A stretch of DNA of 63,848 nucleotides, filler included, from Octopus bimaculoides (lineage: Eukaryota), in the NCBI RefSeq assembly GCF_001194135.2. It is 10 parts of 9 records of this genome, joined end to end, with 100 filler letters (N's around TTAATTAATTAA, not from the genome) between each part and the next. Parts side by side here need not be neighbours in the genome. Positions count along the whole stretch, not along the records: positions 62,756 to 63,848 come from NC_068997.1; 9 more parts are not named here. One strand, written 5' to 3'. Shown in pieces: positions 63,787 through 63,848 of this stretch (position 1 is its first letter; each line of letters opens with the position of its first letter). The notes below the pieces were generated by a model. It made no database searches and was not told the origin of the DNA. It was given only the letters and a program-made list of their open reading frames with translations. A program made the translations under genes and the position numbers.

Positions 63787-63848
<62 letters not shown>

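Overview
Eukaryotic, AT-rich, microsatellite-saturated scaffold. Roughly 7 kb (~11%) is N gaps, several carrying the artificial spacer TTAATTAATTAA. The repeat landscape (tRNA-derived SINEs, Tc1/mariner remnants, Penelope pLTRs, RTE/R4/L1-Tx1 debris, a Helitron) looks like a cephalopod, probably Octopus, genome; this host call is inference from pattern recognition. I see no confidently identifiable host gene, rRNA, true tRNA gene or CRISPR array. Almost every ORF in the track is a simple-repeat or N-run artefact. Real coding signal is confined to broken transposon ORFs: R4/Dong-like RT (26.4-27.1 kb), Penelope GIY-YIG (28.1-28.7 kb), three mariner-type transposases, a decayed L1/Tx1 ORF2 (43-45 kb), two gag-like zinc-knuckle ORF1s (45.9-48.3 kb) and a Helitron RepHel (60.5-62.7 kb). 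The most interesting signal is RNA-level: several minimal type I hammerhead ribozyme cores in different Penelope-type terminal repeats. One of them sits in a non-coding element made of a tRNA-like Pol III head, an (AAT)n spacer and a hammerhead, arranged as a head-to-head palindrome (42.07-42.49 kb). Also notable are an apparently ORF1-only (HAL1-like) LINE, a three-part retroelement mosaic, and a covarying structured motif in two RTE-like 5' UTRs.
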